Shown: piece after piece, positions 12,232-23,418 of the stretch
Layout: each line of letters starts with the position of its first letter
Position numbering within the stretch: position 1 is the first letter of the stretch
DNA from: Orbicella franksi
Taxonomy: Eukaryota
Length of the DNA stretch: 64,000 nt
Assembly: GCA_964199315.1 (NCBI GenBank)
Contig: OZ116701.1
Span: 4,092,001-4,156,000 of the forward strand
Direction: 5' to 3'
Translations under genes and position numbers: made by a program
Notes under the pieces: generated by a model
What the model was told of the DNA's origin: nothing
The model's input: the letters and a program-made list of their open reading frames with translations, nothing else
Databases searched by the model: none

Positions 12232-13284
12232 GAGTTGTAGCGTTACACGAGCCAACCGCGAGCCCAAGTCAACCTCGAGTCAAACACGAATCAAGCCAGT
12301 TTTTTTTTTTTTTGTCCCTACAAAAAATGTAGATTGTAGGAAATAAAATATATGAATATAACTTTTTTGGTACTTAATTTCGTGGGTACTTAATTTCGCG
12401 AAAAGGTCATTAAATTTCGCGATTCAAGCGTTCTCAACTTCATTTTAGTCTGAACTTTTTAAAATTCCTAGATAAACTGGAACAAGCAAAACGTATTTTT
12501 ACAAATTACCATTTAAGGTAAACTGGAACAAGCAAAAGGCATATTTGAAAATTAACTTTTTACAACTTGACCGTGATACACATTGTCTCAGTACGTAGTT
12601 CTGTCATTTCACAACAGAAGATAAAAAATGGAACTTACAGGTAAAACCAGCTAATAGTTTGTGTATTAATTTGTCGATACACATCCTGTATATGTTGTTA
12701 TTACATGTTAATCTTTTTTTTTCTGTGATTTGAATTATTTATACGGGTGTTAAATTTCGCGTGTTTAAATTTTGCAAGGATTTTTGTTCGCGGGTCTTTG
12801 ATTTCGCGATTTATTTACAACCGCGAAATAGCAGATTGTCTTAGCAGGTAACAATATTAACAGGCTCACCTCGATCGCGACACGAAATTCCGGTAAGAGG
12901 CAACCGCTCGCGCAGGCGTGGCATGCATGTTATCGTTCAACTTTTCTGTCAGTAGATAGTCAACTAGATTCACGTCACTCACTTTTTGGATAAGACTACC
13001 TTGATAATCTGCAATGGACACAGCAAATAACGTGACTTGCCACCATGTTTGCAATTGCATAAGGATACTTGGGCGCGCGGCGCGATTCGAGGTGAGCCTG
13101 TTATTAAAATGTCCTGTTGTTAACTGCTAAGACCATCTATATTCATATATTTTATTTTCTACAATCTTTTTTTTTTCTCGGGACGAAACAAAAAAAAAAA
13201 AGAAAAAAATTGGCTTGACTCGTGGTTGACTCGTGACTCGAGGTTGACTTGGTCCCGCGGTTGGCTCGTATAACGCTACAACTC
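12232..13284. mobile_element. Foldback element with ~130-bp imperfect TIRs containing nested MITEs
   Basis: gagttgtagcgttacacgagccaaccgcg...gtcaacctcgagtca... pairs with ...tgactcgaggttgac...cgcggttggctcgtataacgctacaactc. An inner TIR pair gtcttagcag..aacaggctcacctcga / tcgaggtgagcctgtt..ctgctaagac spans 12838-13133. Confidence 0.75.
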
Positions 13285-14373
13285 TGTGCGAGCCCGCGAG
13301 CCGGAGCCGCGAGCCTATTTTTGCGAGCCACTGCGTTTTCTTTTTTCTGTTCTTTTTTTGTTTTTTTGGAGTTTCTAATTTTGAAGGTTAACATTTTATT
13401 CAGTAAATGCTACACTTGGCAGAGCAAACAGCAAAAGTTTTCGACTTTCTTTCGTGCGTTAAATTCCGCGCAAGTAGTTATTCCGTCTGTATCAAAACGG
13501 ATTTTGAAGTTCCAGATATGAATGAAAGTTTCCCTCGCAAATTTTCGTATCAAAATGTTGATTATGTAAAATCGATTAACATCGAAATATAAACAGGGAA
13601 ACGTTCAAGTGAGGCGAATTTTAGGTAACTATAAAGATGATATATCGAAAGCACCGCCACGAAAGATTCATAATTTATATCTTTTTTTTTTTTTTTTGGC
13701 TCCCAGTTGTCCGTTGTTTTGTCTCACGGGAAACCAGGCTCTTAATTGTTTTTTTTTTTTTTAATAGTTCCCCCATAGCATCGAAGGACTGGACGACTGC
13801 TTATTTTGGGCAATTGTTTGGGGATAAAACCCATCCGCCCAGCCCAGGGAAAGTCTGTACAATTTACTGCGCTGAAAAAAATCACAACTCCTTGCAAACT
13901 AATATTATTAAAGATAAGCAAAAGTTTACCTCTGTACCAAACTTGTGGGGTACACTCACAACTCACTCGTACTCAGCGACAAATCCGTGTTTAATTCTCT
14001 TCCAGGATTTCAACACGTCCTATTCTCTGTGTTCTCTCGATAAAAATCTATTTCACAATCACTCGTGCCTCCGATTAAAATGTTTACGAATCTCGTGATC
14101 TAATGCTGTGTTTACATTTGAGCTTTTACCAAGGTAAACAGTTACTTCGGTCAAGTTACTTAACATTGGTGCATTCGTCCAGTGTTTATACCGGCTCTCC
14201 ACTTATGAAATGTCACGCTGTCACGACACTTCCGTTAACCTCGCTTGCAGTTATTAGAAAGCAAGATGGAAAAAATGTCCTTCCAACAATATCTGCTTAA
14301 TTGGTAGAAATAAGAGGAAAACTTTCCATCATCTCGCTTGCCATGCTACAGTGCACCAACACATAAAGACCGC

Positions 14374-14676
14374 GGGGCTTTTCCATCATGCCAAAGAATC
14401 TAAAATTTCGTTCGGAAGTCAAATGGAAATTTCTTCCGACCGGAATATTCGGGATCACCGCTGGAGGTAGTACACTCATTTCGGTCGCACCGGTCCGACC
14501 GAAATTTGCCGTTCCATTTTTGACAAACCTGTCCACTGCCCTACTTCTCTTCACTTATGCTGGGAATTTGGAAAAGGAATAAAAAAGGGTAAGAGTCCGA
14601 TTTTTCTTGGTTGGCCCGGTTTGATCGGAATATGTCGTTCCATTTTCCTCGGGTATTGGCATAATGGCAGCAACCC
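14374..14676. mobile_element. Degenerate MITE (GGG...CCC ends)
   Basis: gggcttttccatcatgccaa / ttggcataatggcagcaaccc imperfect TIR. Confidence 0.5.
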
Positions 14677-14781
14677 GCATGTAATAAATACCATATTAGG
14701 GCATTATGTCCGTTTTTGGATTTTTTGAAGTTATACATGGGTGCGCGTGGATGTTGAATTCCACTTCGAGTGTTCAACTAA

Positions 14782-14965
14782 ACAGTCCATTTCCGAGCTG
14801 CTTTAAGCCTCTCTATCAAAGCGATGCCTGGCGCACAGCTATTCACATGAAATTACATGATTTGTATGTGAATGACTTCGAAATCTAATTTTCATATAAA
14901 AGGATGGACACCAAGACTCGCTTTGAGAAAGAGGCTAAAGGTAATTCGGTATTGAATGGCCTATT
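14782..14965. mobile_element. Short MITE
   Basis: agtccatttccgag ... ttcggtattgaatggcctat imperfect inverted termini. Confidence 0.4.
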
Positions 14966-15084
14966 TGAACACGGGAAGAGAAATCCCATATCTATCTTTA
15001 TTTGATCTTGTCTGACCACATTTCAGGCGTGGGCTTTTAACTTTCACAACTTTCTCTTATCTCACAGCATTGTCATCAAGGGAG

Positions 15085-15200
15085 GGGGGGGGGGGGGTAC
15101 CAAATCCCAGTTCCCAGCCCAAATTTTTGCCAAATCCCAGTTCCCAGCTTAAATTTGGTCCAAATCCCAATTATCAAATCTAAAATCCCATTCCCAGTGA
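15085..15200. repeat. Poly-G terminus followed by four aaatccca(g/t)ttcccag-type subterminal repeats; probable transposon end
   Basis: (g)n-taccaaatcccagttcccag, gccaaatcccagttcccag, ccaaatcccaatt, aaaatcccattcccag, located ~100 bp past the stop of the decayed ORF at 15296. Confidence 0.55.
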
Positions 15201-15295
15201 TTGTTTGCAGACTAATGTGTATAATTAATTAAAACGCGGACTGATGTCGTTTGGACACATAGATACCTATACCTGGAATGAAGAAAATCTCTCAC

Positions 15296-16660
15296 TCATC
15301 TGGTGAGCAGTCTTTGTCTTCCAGCCCTTGTTGGCATGACCATATTGAAACCACTTGTATCGTCTACACAACCCTCGTCAGACTCACTCTCTCTACTTTC
15401 GCTGCTGCTGTACTCATCACGTAGATCAGTGCAGGTGAGAACTTCCGGACACTGTTCATCAGACTCACCTTCTGGATGTTCTGCACTTTCTCCCGGCACT
15501 GAGCTTTGCTCACGAGGAAGCAAAAACTGCAATTCTAATGGATTAAGCAATGTCGGTCTTTCATACAAATTCAGAGGCAGTGTCCCAGCTCTGTCCATGG
15601 TGTTGTCTTGTCGCACACTTCGCTGCCTTACACACTTGCCGTATCGTTTTGCCCACACTCTCATCTCTGCTTCATCATTTCCGGACAATCTTTCTCCGAC
15701 CGGTTTGGGAATTTCAAAAAGGACCAATTGGCCAGTAGCAGAAAGTTCAGCAGTGTAGTATGAGTTGGGATGCGTGTGATAATGTGCAGACCATGATGTC
15801 ACTCTTTTTACTCCTTCAGCTTCTAGTGATGAACCAAAATCTGTGCGTATTCCTAGAGAGTAAATGTTTCCTTCTTAAAATGAGTGACTGCATGTTGGTT
15901 CTCAACATTTAACGTCAGGAGTGATTCTAAATTCAAGTTCACCTCAAAACCTGGATATGAAGACAGATCTTTGATGTTGTTCTCTACCTTGGAAAGCGAT
16001 TGTGCCATCAGTTCCAATGACTTCAAAGACTTGCTTGATAAAGTACCCTCTGGGCCATTAGTGGTTTCTTTTGCCAAGGACTGTAGCTCTCTTGCCTTCC
16101 GTGTACAATACTTCACGTATTCCAGCACCTCATCCACCATAGCAATTGCTTCATTAACCGACTTCTGTGGTTCTCTAACTGTGCTTTTTTTGGAATGAAT
16201 GTTAAAAGCCTTCACCAGGACTTTTAACTTTCCAAGGAACTCTGCAATCCCTGTCAACGGTCTGTTGATTAGTTTGACCGCGCCAGAACCAGAGTCTGTA
16301 ACGTAAATGTTACGATCAAATTAAACGCAGATTCCAATTGGATGAGACAGTTTCGAGTGTGATTGTGAACCATCACTATCACCTTTACTGTGTCCTGCAA
16401 TCACTGCAACAGCCCCAGATTTAAAGAGCTTAACGGAGTGCTCTTCGCAGAACAAAATATCTTTACCAAACCAAGCAACATTCACGTCTCGTGATGATAT
16501 GGGTAGGCCATCACTCCCTCTAATGATTCTTGTTGCACCCCGTAATGGAAAAAAGACATGAAGAACACCATCCGCACAAACAGCAAGTTCATCCCCTGAG
16601 AGTGCCAAAGAACTAACATGGTTCAATGTGGTCCACATAAAACATTTCCAGTGCATGGTC
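15296..16660 (-). pseudogene. Decayed ORF with NHL-like repeats followed by a helical, transposase-like C-terminal region; probable DNA-transposon relic
   Basis: Three track ORFs join into one frame: ...VIAGHSKGDSDGSQSHSKLSHPIGICV[TAA 16321-16323]FDRNIYVTDSGSGAVKLINRPLTGIAEFLGKL...LLTLNVENQHAVTHFKKETFTL[TAG 15853-15855]EYAQ[1-nt frameshift ~15838]FGSSLEAEGVKRVTSWSAHYHTHPNSYY...MRVWAKRYGKCVRQRSVRQDNTMDRAGTLP.... IAG..G..DG.....L.HP.GI.V....IYVTD is an NHL-repeat signature. Confidence 0.7.
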
Positions 16661-16670
16661 CGCAAAGCCC

Positions 16671-16988
16671 TAGCCTGCGAACGCAAACGTATTTCCGGCT
16701 GTCACTTGGTTCCGCCGAAAAATAACGTCTGCGAACCCGAGCCAGAAAACGATTTCTGTGACGTAAGAATTCTAAGCCTGTCACAGTTTAGTTCAAATAA
16801 CCCCAGAAGTACTGCGCGAGGTATTCGCTGCGAGGAGCGCTCGAGTTTCATTCTATCATGGAATCTGATTGGCCAAGGAGAAACAAAAGTCATTACGTCA
16901 CAGAAATCGTTTCCTGGCTCGGGTTCGCAGACGTTATTTTTCGGCGGAACCAAGTGACAGCCGGAAATACGTCTGCGTTCGCAGGCTA
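16671..16988. mobile_element. Young MITE with ~95-bp near-perfect TIRs (TAGCC...GGCTA) and a 9-bp TSD; Academ/AcademH-like non-autonomous element
   Basis: tagcctgcgaacgcaaacgtatttccggctgtcacttggttccgccgaaaaataacgtctgcgaacccgagccag... with its reverse complement ending at 16988. Flanks are gcaaagccc (16662-16670) and gcaaacccc (16989-16997), an 8/9 match. Confidence 0.85.
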
Positions 16989-17442
16989 GCAAACCCCCTC
17001 TTCGTAGCAGAATCCTCAACTCCACTCTTCTCCATAATCATCTTTTGTAATTCTCTTGGGCTGCAGCTTAAGTTTAACGAAAGTTTACAATTTTCTGTGT
17101 GTATTACAGCATTTTTGCGTTAATATACTTCATTGCGATGATCATACTCTGCTAATTGGACGACATTTTTATCTTTCCCGCCACGTGTAAACATGCGCAT
17201 AGCATACCATTAGCAACAAACCGCTGACCAGAAAAACTGACAGGACTTAACAATAAAACCGTGTGGAGCCTGGTAGCTAGAACGCGGAAATGAAAAATGT
17301 AATGATTCTATGTGTCTACTGAAGTCTAATGATGCAGAATTTTAATTCTTCATTCGAACCTTATTTAAACCTCATTCAAACATTATTTACGTGGAGACTG
17401 TCTCTCTTACAATAAATTTCCTTTGAGCGTTATTCAGTGAAT

Positions 17443-17610
17443 GACTGCAGCGTGGTCGAGTGGTACTAGAAGAGCGCCGGACTTCATTTGCAATCCGGAG
17501 GTCCCGGGTTCAAGTTTTCCGAGTTCTGATTACTTGGAGGTGTTATTCGGTAGACCCCAGGCATGTAAAATAGCCCACTGGTCCCTCTTCTGCCAGTTGA
17601 AGTGTTTAAC
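17443..17610 (+). mobile_element. tRNA-derived SINE (second family)
   Basis: gcagcgtggtcgagtggt (A box) ... ggaggtcccgggttcaagt (B box), then a non-tRNA body. A related minus-strand copy lies at ~50320-50560. Confidence 0.6.
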
Positions 17611-18332
17611 CAAGAAAAGTTATGTCTATTTGGATTACTTCTTTCAGATTATTTACGTGGAGTAAATTAGCGTGGAGTAGATATGCGTGGTTCCACAATG
17701 TACAAAACGTTTACAATTTTTACATTTTACAAATTTCAAGAAAACTGTGACTTTCTGCTCATCTAAAATTAAAAACAAAGTCATCCGAGTGTAATTAAAA
17801 TGATTTTCCCCGTTTTACTTTCCATATTTTTTATGTATTATTGGTAAGTCTGGAGCGTTATATCGCACTTGGGCGGTTTGTCAGTGGCCATGCTTCTTAG
17901 CGTCGCTGGACTCGCGCATTCTGTTTTAGTTGTTTTTAGACTTCATAATAACCCTAGTTATTCCCACTATTAAATTGCTGTGTCTCTGGTCACTCACGTC
18001 CCCCAAAAATGTACAACTCGGTTTTCTGCAAGTGAACATGCAAATTTCGAGGGAAGCAACATCGAAAATTCTATAGATTTTGTAGCTGAATAATTAGAGA
18101 AAGAATAGCAGTTATGATGACTTCTACTTCTTTAAAATCTTTACGTGTCTGCTGTTATCTAGACTTCTCAAACAGTAGTGAAAATAAAGCCTGAAAAAAA
18201 AAAGGCTTGTACGGGAGTTTAACACATGACTTCTGAGATAACGGTGCAGTGCTCTACCAATTGAGCTAACAAGGCAACTGACGACCTCGTTCCCAGGGTC
18301 TCTCATCTTACCGCTCCAGGGGGCGGTAAGAT

Positions 18333-18437
18333 GAGAGTAAAGTGTTTTGCCCAAGAACACAACACAATGTCCCCGCACGGGGCTTGAACCTGGACCGCTC
18401 AATCCAGAGATGAGTACACTAACCATGAAGCCACCAT
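18333..18437 (-). mobile_element. 5' part of the tRNA-derived SINE, abutting a small hairpin element (18281-18336)
   Basis: gtgttttgcccaagaacacaacacaatg...cttgaacctggaccgctcaatccagag...actaaccatgaagccacc; hairpin ctctcatcttaccgc / gcggtaagatgagag. Confidence 0.65.
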
Positions 18438-19354
18438 GCTTGCAACAAATGGGAATGAACTTGTGGCCCTCTAAAAAATATATTAATCTACAATTAAAAA
18501 TCTATACAAAAAAACCCTGATTAAAATTTATTAAAAACCTCTTTAGGACGCAAAAGCTATCTAAGATTAAGATTTAAAAAGCTATGGTGAAGTAAACCAT
18601 AAAACAAGATCCAACTACATGTACTTAACTTATTCGATTTAAAACTATTTGTCTGGGAAAGGAGTACAAACCCTATCTCTAAGTTGACATTTATTTTATA
18701 CAACACATTCAAACATTCGAATTGAACAGTTTTCCGAGAGCATACCTTGTCAAAAACTTTGAGCTTTGAAGAACATACGGTATACACATGTAATGTCCAA
18801 GGACAAATGTACAAGCATATTTTGGAGGCTATTGTGTTAATTATCCTTAGATTATTTTTTGCAACATGCACAGTTGTGAAAATTGGGGAATATCACTCAA
18901 ATATTCCTCAGTTTTAGCTAGGGCATATTCAGTCATGTGATGCATTCAGACCATGCAATCACAAGTGAGCAAGAATGCTTGATGGATTCTAAGTACCCAT
19001 ATAGAGTTTAACACTGGAACCTCTACTTAACATGAGAAAAAAGCCCGAAGAAAATAAAGAAAGTACCCGCACTGATTGGTTAAAAATCATGTTTCTACAA
19101 TTCAATAGAAACAGAACTAGCACAAGCTGTTGACATTATGATGATGATGGTGCAGGCAAAGAGGAAATTTTACATTTTGATGATCACACTAAACAATTTG
19201 TTTTCTTTTTTTTTGTCGCAGAATTTGATAAAAAAAAAAAATAGAAAACATGTTCTCTGTGTTTATATCAAACTACATCATAAATAATTAGTTTACAAAT
19301 GACATAGTCCTGTAGAAAACAGAACCTAACAGAGGCATACTGTACATAGTAAAA

Positions 19355-20308
19355 TCAAAGGCCAGAGTTTGGTAATTTTCCTGTTTGTTTCCTTTTCCCT
19401 TCTTCCAATTGGACAACTTTTAAGATCTCCTTACATAGGTAATCCCCAGGTTTCATCATATTTTCAATTATATCAAAGTGATCTACTCCAGGCAACTCAA
19501 GAAAAGAACTCAGTACACCATAGCTCTTCAAGATGTCAGCAAATTCTTTAGACTGCCGAATAAACTCTGGGGTGCCATGCTCTTCAACAACAACCATGAC
19601 AGGACAGCAAATTGTTGGCGACATTTTCATCAAAATCCTTTGTGGACTGAGTCTGGCAGCAGATTCTTCATCCAGTTTTAATTCATCATTTACATAAGTG
19701 CCAAGAATAGGAAGCACGTCAAAAACTCCAGAGATGAGAAACATACCACGAACAGCCTGGGGAACAGATGGATCTTTGCTCCAATCTGAGACCATCATCA
19801 TGGCACACAAATGAGCTCCAGCAGAATGGCCGCACAAAAACAGATTTGATTTAGGAAACCTGTTAACAACAAACTTCACAGCTGCTTGGATTTTGGTCAC
19901 CATCTGCTCCAGGTTTGCTTCTGGTGCTAGGTTGTAACCCACAATTGCAGCGATACATCCAGCTTTTATCCAAGCATTGCTTACAAAGCCATACATCTTC
20001 CTGCTACCTTCCTGCCAGAATCCACCATGAATAAACAGCAAAACTGGCATGGCACTGTCTACATATCTAACATAATCATCATTCATTGCAGTGGGATAAA
20101 ATATGTCCATCTTGGCTTTCTTCTCACCATAGGCTATGCTCAGTTCACCATTTAAACTTTGCCGAGTTGTTTCACTGTATTCCGTACACACCTTCACATG
20201 ATATTCCACGACTTCATCAGCATTCATACGTTTGCTCCATCTACTGGGAGAATAAAACTGTTCAAGCCACTCCTTTGACTTTCCATCAAATCCGTCTTTT
20301 CCATCCAT
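19355..20308 (-). CDS. AFMID: Kynurenine formamidase (arylformamidase), alpha/beta hydrolase; CDS in one exon
   Basis: 317-aa ORF with LEQFYSPSRW at the N-terminus, oxyanion motif FIHGGFWQ, nucleophile elbow GHSAGAHL, SGVFD, and C-terminal DHFDIIE (catalytic His). An in-frame TAA lies 7 codons upstream of the ATG. A likely 5'-UTR acceptor (ttcgaaaatag) sits at ~20400. Confidence 0.92.
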   Translation of the reverse strand: MDGKDGFDGKSKEWLEQFYSPSRWSKRMNADEVVEYHVKVCTEYSETTRQSLNGELSIAYGEKKAKMDIFYPTAMNDDYVRYVDSAMPVLLFIHGGFWQEGSRKMYGFVSNAWIKAGCIAAIVGYNLAPEANLEQMVTKIQAAVKFVVNRFPKSNLFLCGHSAGAHLCAMMMVSDWSKDPSVPQAVRGMFLISGVFDVLPILGTYVNDELKLDEESAARLSPQRILMKMSPTICCPVMVVVEEHGTPEFIRQSKEFADILKSYGVLSSFLELPGVDHFDIIENMMKPGDYLCKEILKVVQLEEGKRKQTGKLPNSGL

Positions 20309-21122
20309 TCTTCCCAGATCTTTACTGTTAGTAGTTTACCTCCACCAGCATTCAGGTTACTTCCCACTTTCCACTCCTTGTGCTCCTTGACTAACCTTTC
20401 TATTTTCGAATGAAACAACCACACAATTAATAGATGCAAAATATGAATCCGGACAACATTTTTTGCAATATAATCCACAACAACACAGCTAAGAAGGCTC
20501 ATTTATAATCCAGCAAGTCTGTTCGAGAGGTTGTAAATGGTTACCACATGTATAGCCCCCCTCTTTGGGGTGGGTATGAATATTTTCTGCTACCACACAA
20601 TCTTGGAAGTCTCTTTTTCTGTGTTTCTTTTTGTCTCTGAGTCTAAAATAGTTTACATCTCAGTTTCAGAGTCTCAAACAAGGGTCTCAGAAGCTCAGCT
20701 GTCTCAGATTTTACCATTCATTGCTTATTCTGACCTGCCAATGTGTGCATTCAAAATTACTCCAAAGTTACCCCTTTGTTTTTCCAGTCTTATTCGCCAC
20801 CAGGGAAGAAGGATGATAAGCTCTCCTTCAACTAGTGATATGTACCAGCAGCTGGCTCTTGACTTCATCCCAGAGTAGTTACACTACATTTTTAAAACTA
20901 GTGGCTGAAACTACATGTAGGTCCACAAGAACAAAAAAAATTATGGCACAATAAAATTAATTGAAGTTGATTCTGAAAGAAGATGCACTGAGCTGAAACA
21001 CTATGACGAGGGTTGGTGGAAGAAGTTTCCTATGCTTAAATTTCACCTAAATTGCTCTTCAAATAATTATTATGATTTTATTCTTATCCCATGCCATTCC
21101 TCGCAACTTGTCGTTAGATAGT

Positions 21123-21392
21123 TAGAGCAGTTTTCAATTGAGTGTCATAAAACCAAAACCAATGTAAGCACTTTAGCCAATCACAAAGGACACAGACAAT
21201 TCAGTGAACCAATCAAAGCTCAAAGCAAATACTTGTAGCTGACGCAAATCACAGGAAAATGAGCACGAGTAACAATTGGTTTTGGTTTTACTTCTGATTG
21301 AATGAAAAGTAGCACGAGTTTTTTAAGCCAATCGTGTAGCGTAGTTGATGCAAAACCAATTACTTTTCACCAGTCAAATGACAACCGCTCTA
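21123..21392. mobile_element. MITE with TAGAGC...GCTCTA termini
   Basis: tagagcagttttcaattgagtg / cagtcaaatgacaaccgctcta; internal ccaatca/gattg motifs. A shorter relative lies at ~60330-60470. Confidence 0.6.
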
Positions 21393-22026
21393 TTGTTCAA
21401 GATTTTTCTGACAGACAGTGAAAACATTCATCAGATGAAACAGGGTCAGTACCTAGTTAGCATCACTCATTCATTTACTTAAGCCTGTGTTAAGGCCTGG
21501 AAAATAAAAGTCTTGGACAAGGTTGAACAAAAGATCATGATTTGTCTGTGATGAGCAAATTTGTTTTCATTTTTAAATCTCTCTCTGACAGCTAAAAGAA
21601 GCAATCTGCTGTTTTTTTCACAAAAGAGTGTGGTTACAATAATTACAAATGAGAAGAACATTATTTGTAGCAAACATGATTACATGTTACTTCGTATAAG
21701 CAGACCATTATTTGGCAGTTATTTGCAGGTCACATGGTGGGCTCTCAGCCAATGGAACAGAAGAAATAAATGCATGAAATGATAACGTGTGTAAACTGTC
21801 CTTCCCAACCACAGCCCCTTGCAATATCTCCCTTGCAATCCGCACATAAACTCTTATGAACTCTAGTGTACTAAATACAAAACAACGAATGATGACAAAT
21901 AGTCGAAACTGTAGTGGATAGTCATGGTTAGCCTAAGTAGCACTCCCAGTTTCATAGCCTTGGTATCATAGCCTGAAATCAAGCTCCTAGCTAGTTGGGC
22001 TGCAGGACAGCTTGCTGCTGACTAGG

Positions 22027-22306
22027 CCCGGGAGGGACTTACATATGAAAGGGGTGGGGATGCTTGTCGTCTTGCTTAGGGTGTTCTGGGCAAAACACCA
22101 TCATATATAGCCCATATGTAGCTGTGAAGGTCTCGTTTAGGGTTTCATGCAAAGAAATATCTGGCCACGATGAATAACAACAACCTCTTCCTCTCTTTTA
22201 GGGATCAAAAAATCCTGGGCCATGCTGTGATTGGTCTCCTTTAGGGGTTTAATTCAAAATTTCCGACGAGCATACCCAGCCTATTATACACGAAGTCCCC
22301 CCCGGG
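22027..22306. mobile_element. MITE with CCCGGG termini (second, 5'-truncated copy at ~11770-12058)
   Basis: cccgggagggacttacatatgaaaggggtggggatgcttgtcg / cgacgagcatacccagcc...gaagtcccccccggg. Confidence 0.65.
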
Positions 22307-23404
22307 GGGGAGGGGTTAGGCCTAAACAATGATGCTAAATGATTTAATGACACTGTGATATTAGCCTAATTAAGAGCACAGATTCAACGGTGGTTAGCTC
22401 TTAACAGTTTTAAGGGCTAGCCTTCTTATTGGGAACCAACCACTACTGAATGTTTTCAAGATTTGCACGAAAATGTACGAGTTACACACGTTCTCCCGCA
22501 GCAAGTTTCCAAGGTGCATTCAGAGTGGGTTACGCCGAAGATCTTCGGTGTGGCCTGAACGTAATACGAAGAAAATTGGGATTATTTGAGCCGTTGGTCG
22601 CGTGGCGTGGGATTTAAAAAGCCTTGGCGTATAAACAGCGTATAAACAGCGTGGAATGCATACAAACAGCGTCTTGCGGAATGCACTCTGGACAGCAACT
22701 ACAGCTTGCTTCTCGCTACGGTTTCCGGGCGAAAAGAGCTGAGAACACAAGCGGATCCTATTTTCCACCTCCTAACCAGTCACTTGACTTGGCTGTCACC
22801 CAGCTCTGGATCGCGTGAAAAGGTCAACAATGTAAGAGAAAACAATCTTAAAATTAAAGAAAACTTACCGCGCATAAACTGATTTTGGCTCGATAGAAGC
22901 GTCGACTCGCCTCGATGATTTCATAGGACCGAGGAGAACTAGGACGAGTTAAATCGCGCATGTTGCTGATGATAGGGGAGGGGAGGGATGAGACCAAGCC
23001 CGCGTTGCCCGCGTCCACATCTTTCATGCATGGTTTCGCGCCCATGATGTTCCCACATGCCGTTTTTTTTAACTTACCATGCAGTAAGGTAAAGATCAAA
23101 CAATGCACGCCAAACAGGCAACAAGAAAAAAGGGGATTACTATGCTCGTTTTTGAGATAAGCGTTACTGAAGAGCATGTTTTTTAGAAGCGTTCGTTATT
23201 TTAGAAGCTGCTTTAGTGAAATTTCTAAGATCAGGTAAACGTACCTACTAAAACGCAACGAAGTCTTTGAAGGAAAATTTTGGGGTGGAATAGACCTCAA
23301 AACAAACATCCAGTCCAAGATGATGAATAAAACTACCATGATTCCCTGCAGGCATGTCTGATAGAGGGAACTGGCCATTCTCAAAATGTACGCGTATGGG
23401 ATAA

Positions 23405-23418
23405 GTTGTCATAGCAAC
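23405..23418. promoter_or_regulatory. RFX X-box motif GTTGTCATAGCAAC (identical copy at 25561-25574; variant GTTGTCATGGCAAC at 61485-61498)
   Basis: Exact match to the X-box consensus GTHNYYATRRNAAC; function untested. Confidence 0.45.

Noticed and set aside
15303-16198. Plus-strand ORFs 15303-15758, 15550-15738 and 15884-16198
   Set aside because: Antisense shadows of the minus-strand relic ORF; Ser/Leu-rich with no motifs.
16628-17025. Two similar ORFs on opposite strands (LACERKRISGCHLVPPKNNVCEPEP)
   Set aside because: Artefact of translating the two arms of the MITE inverted repeat.
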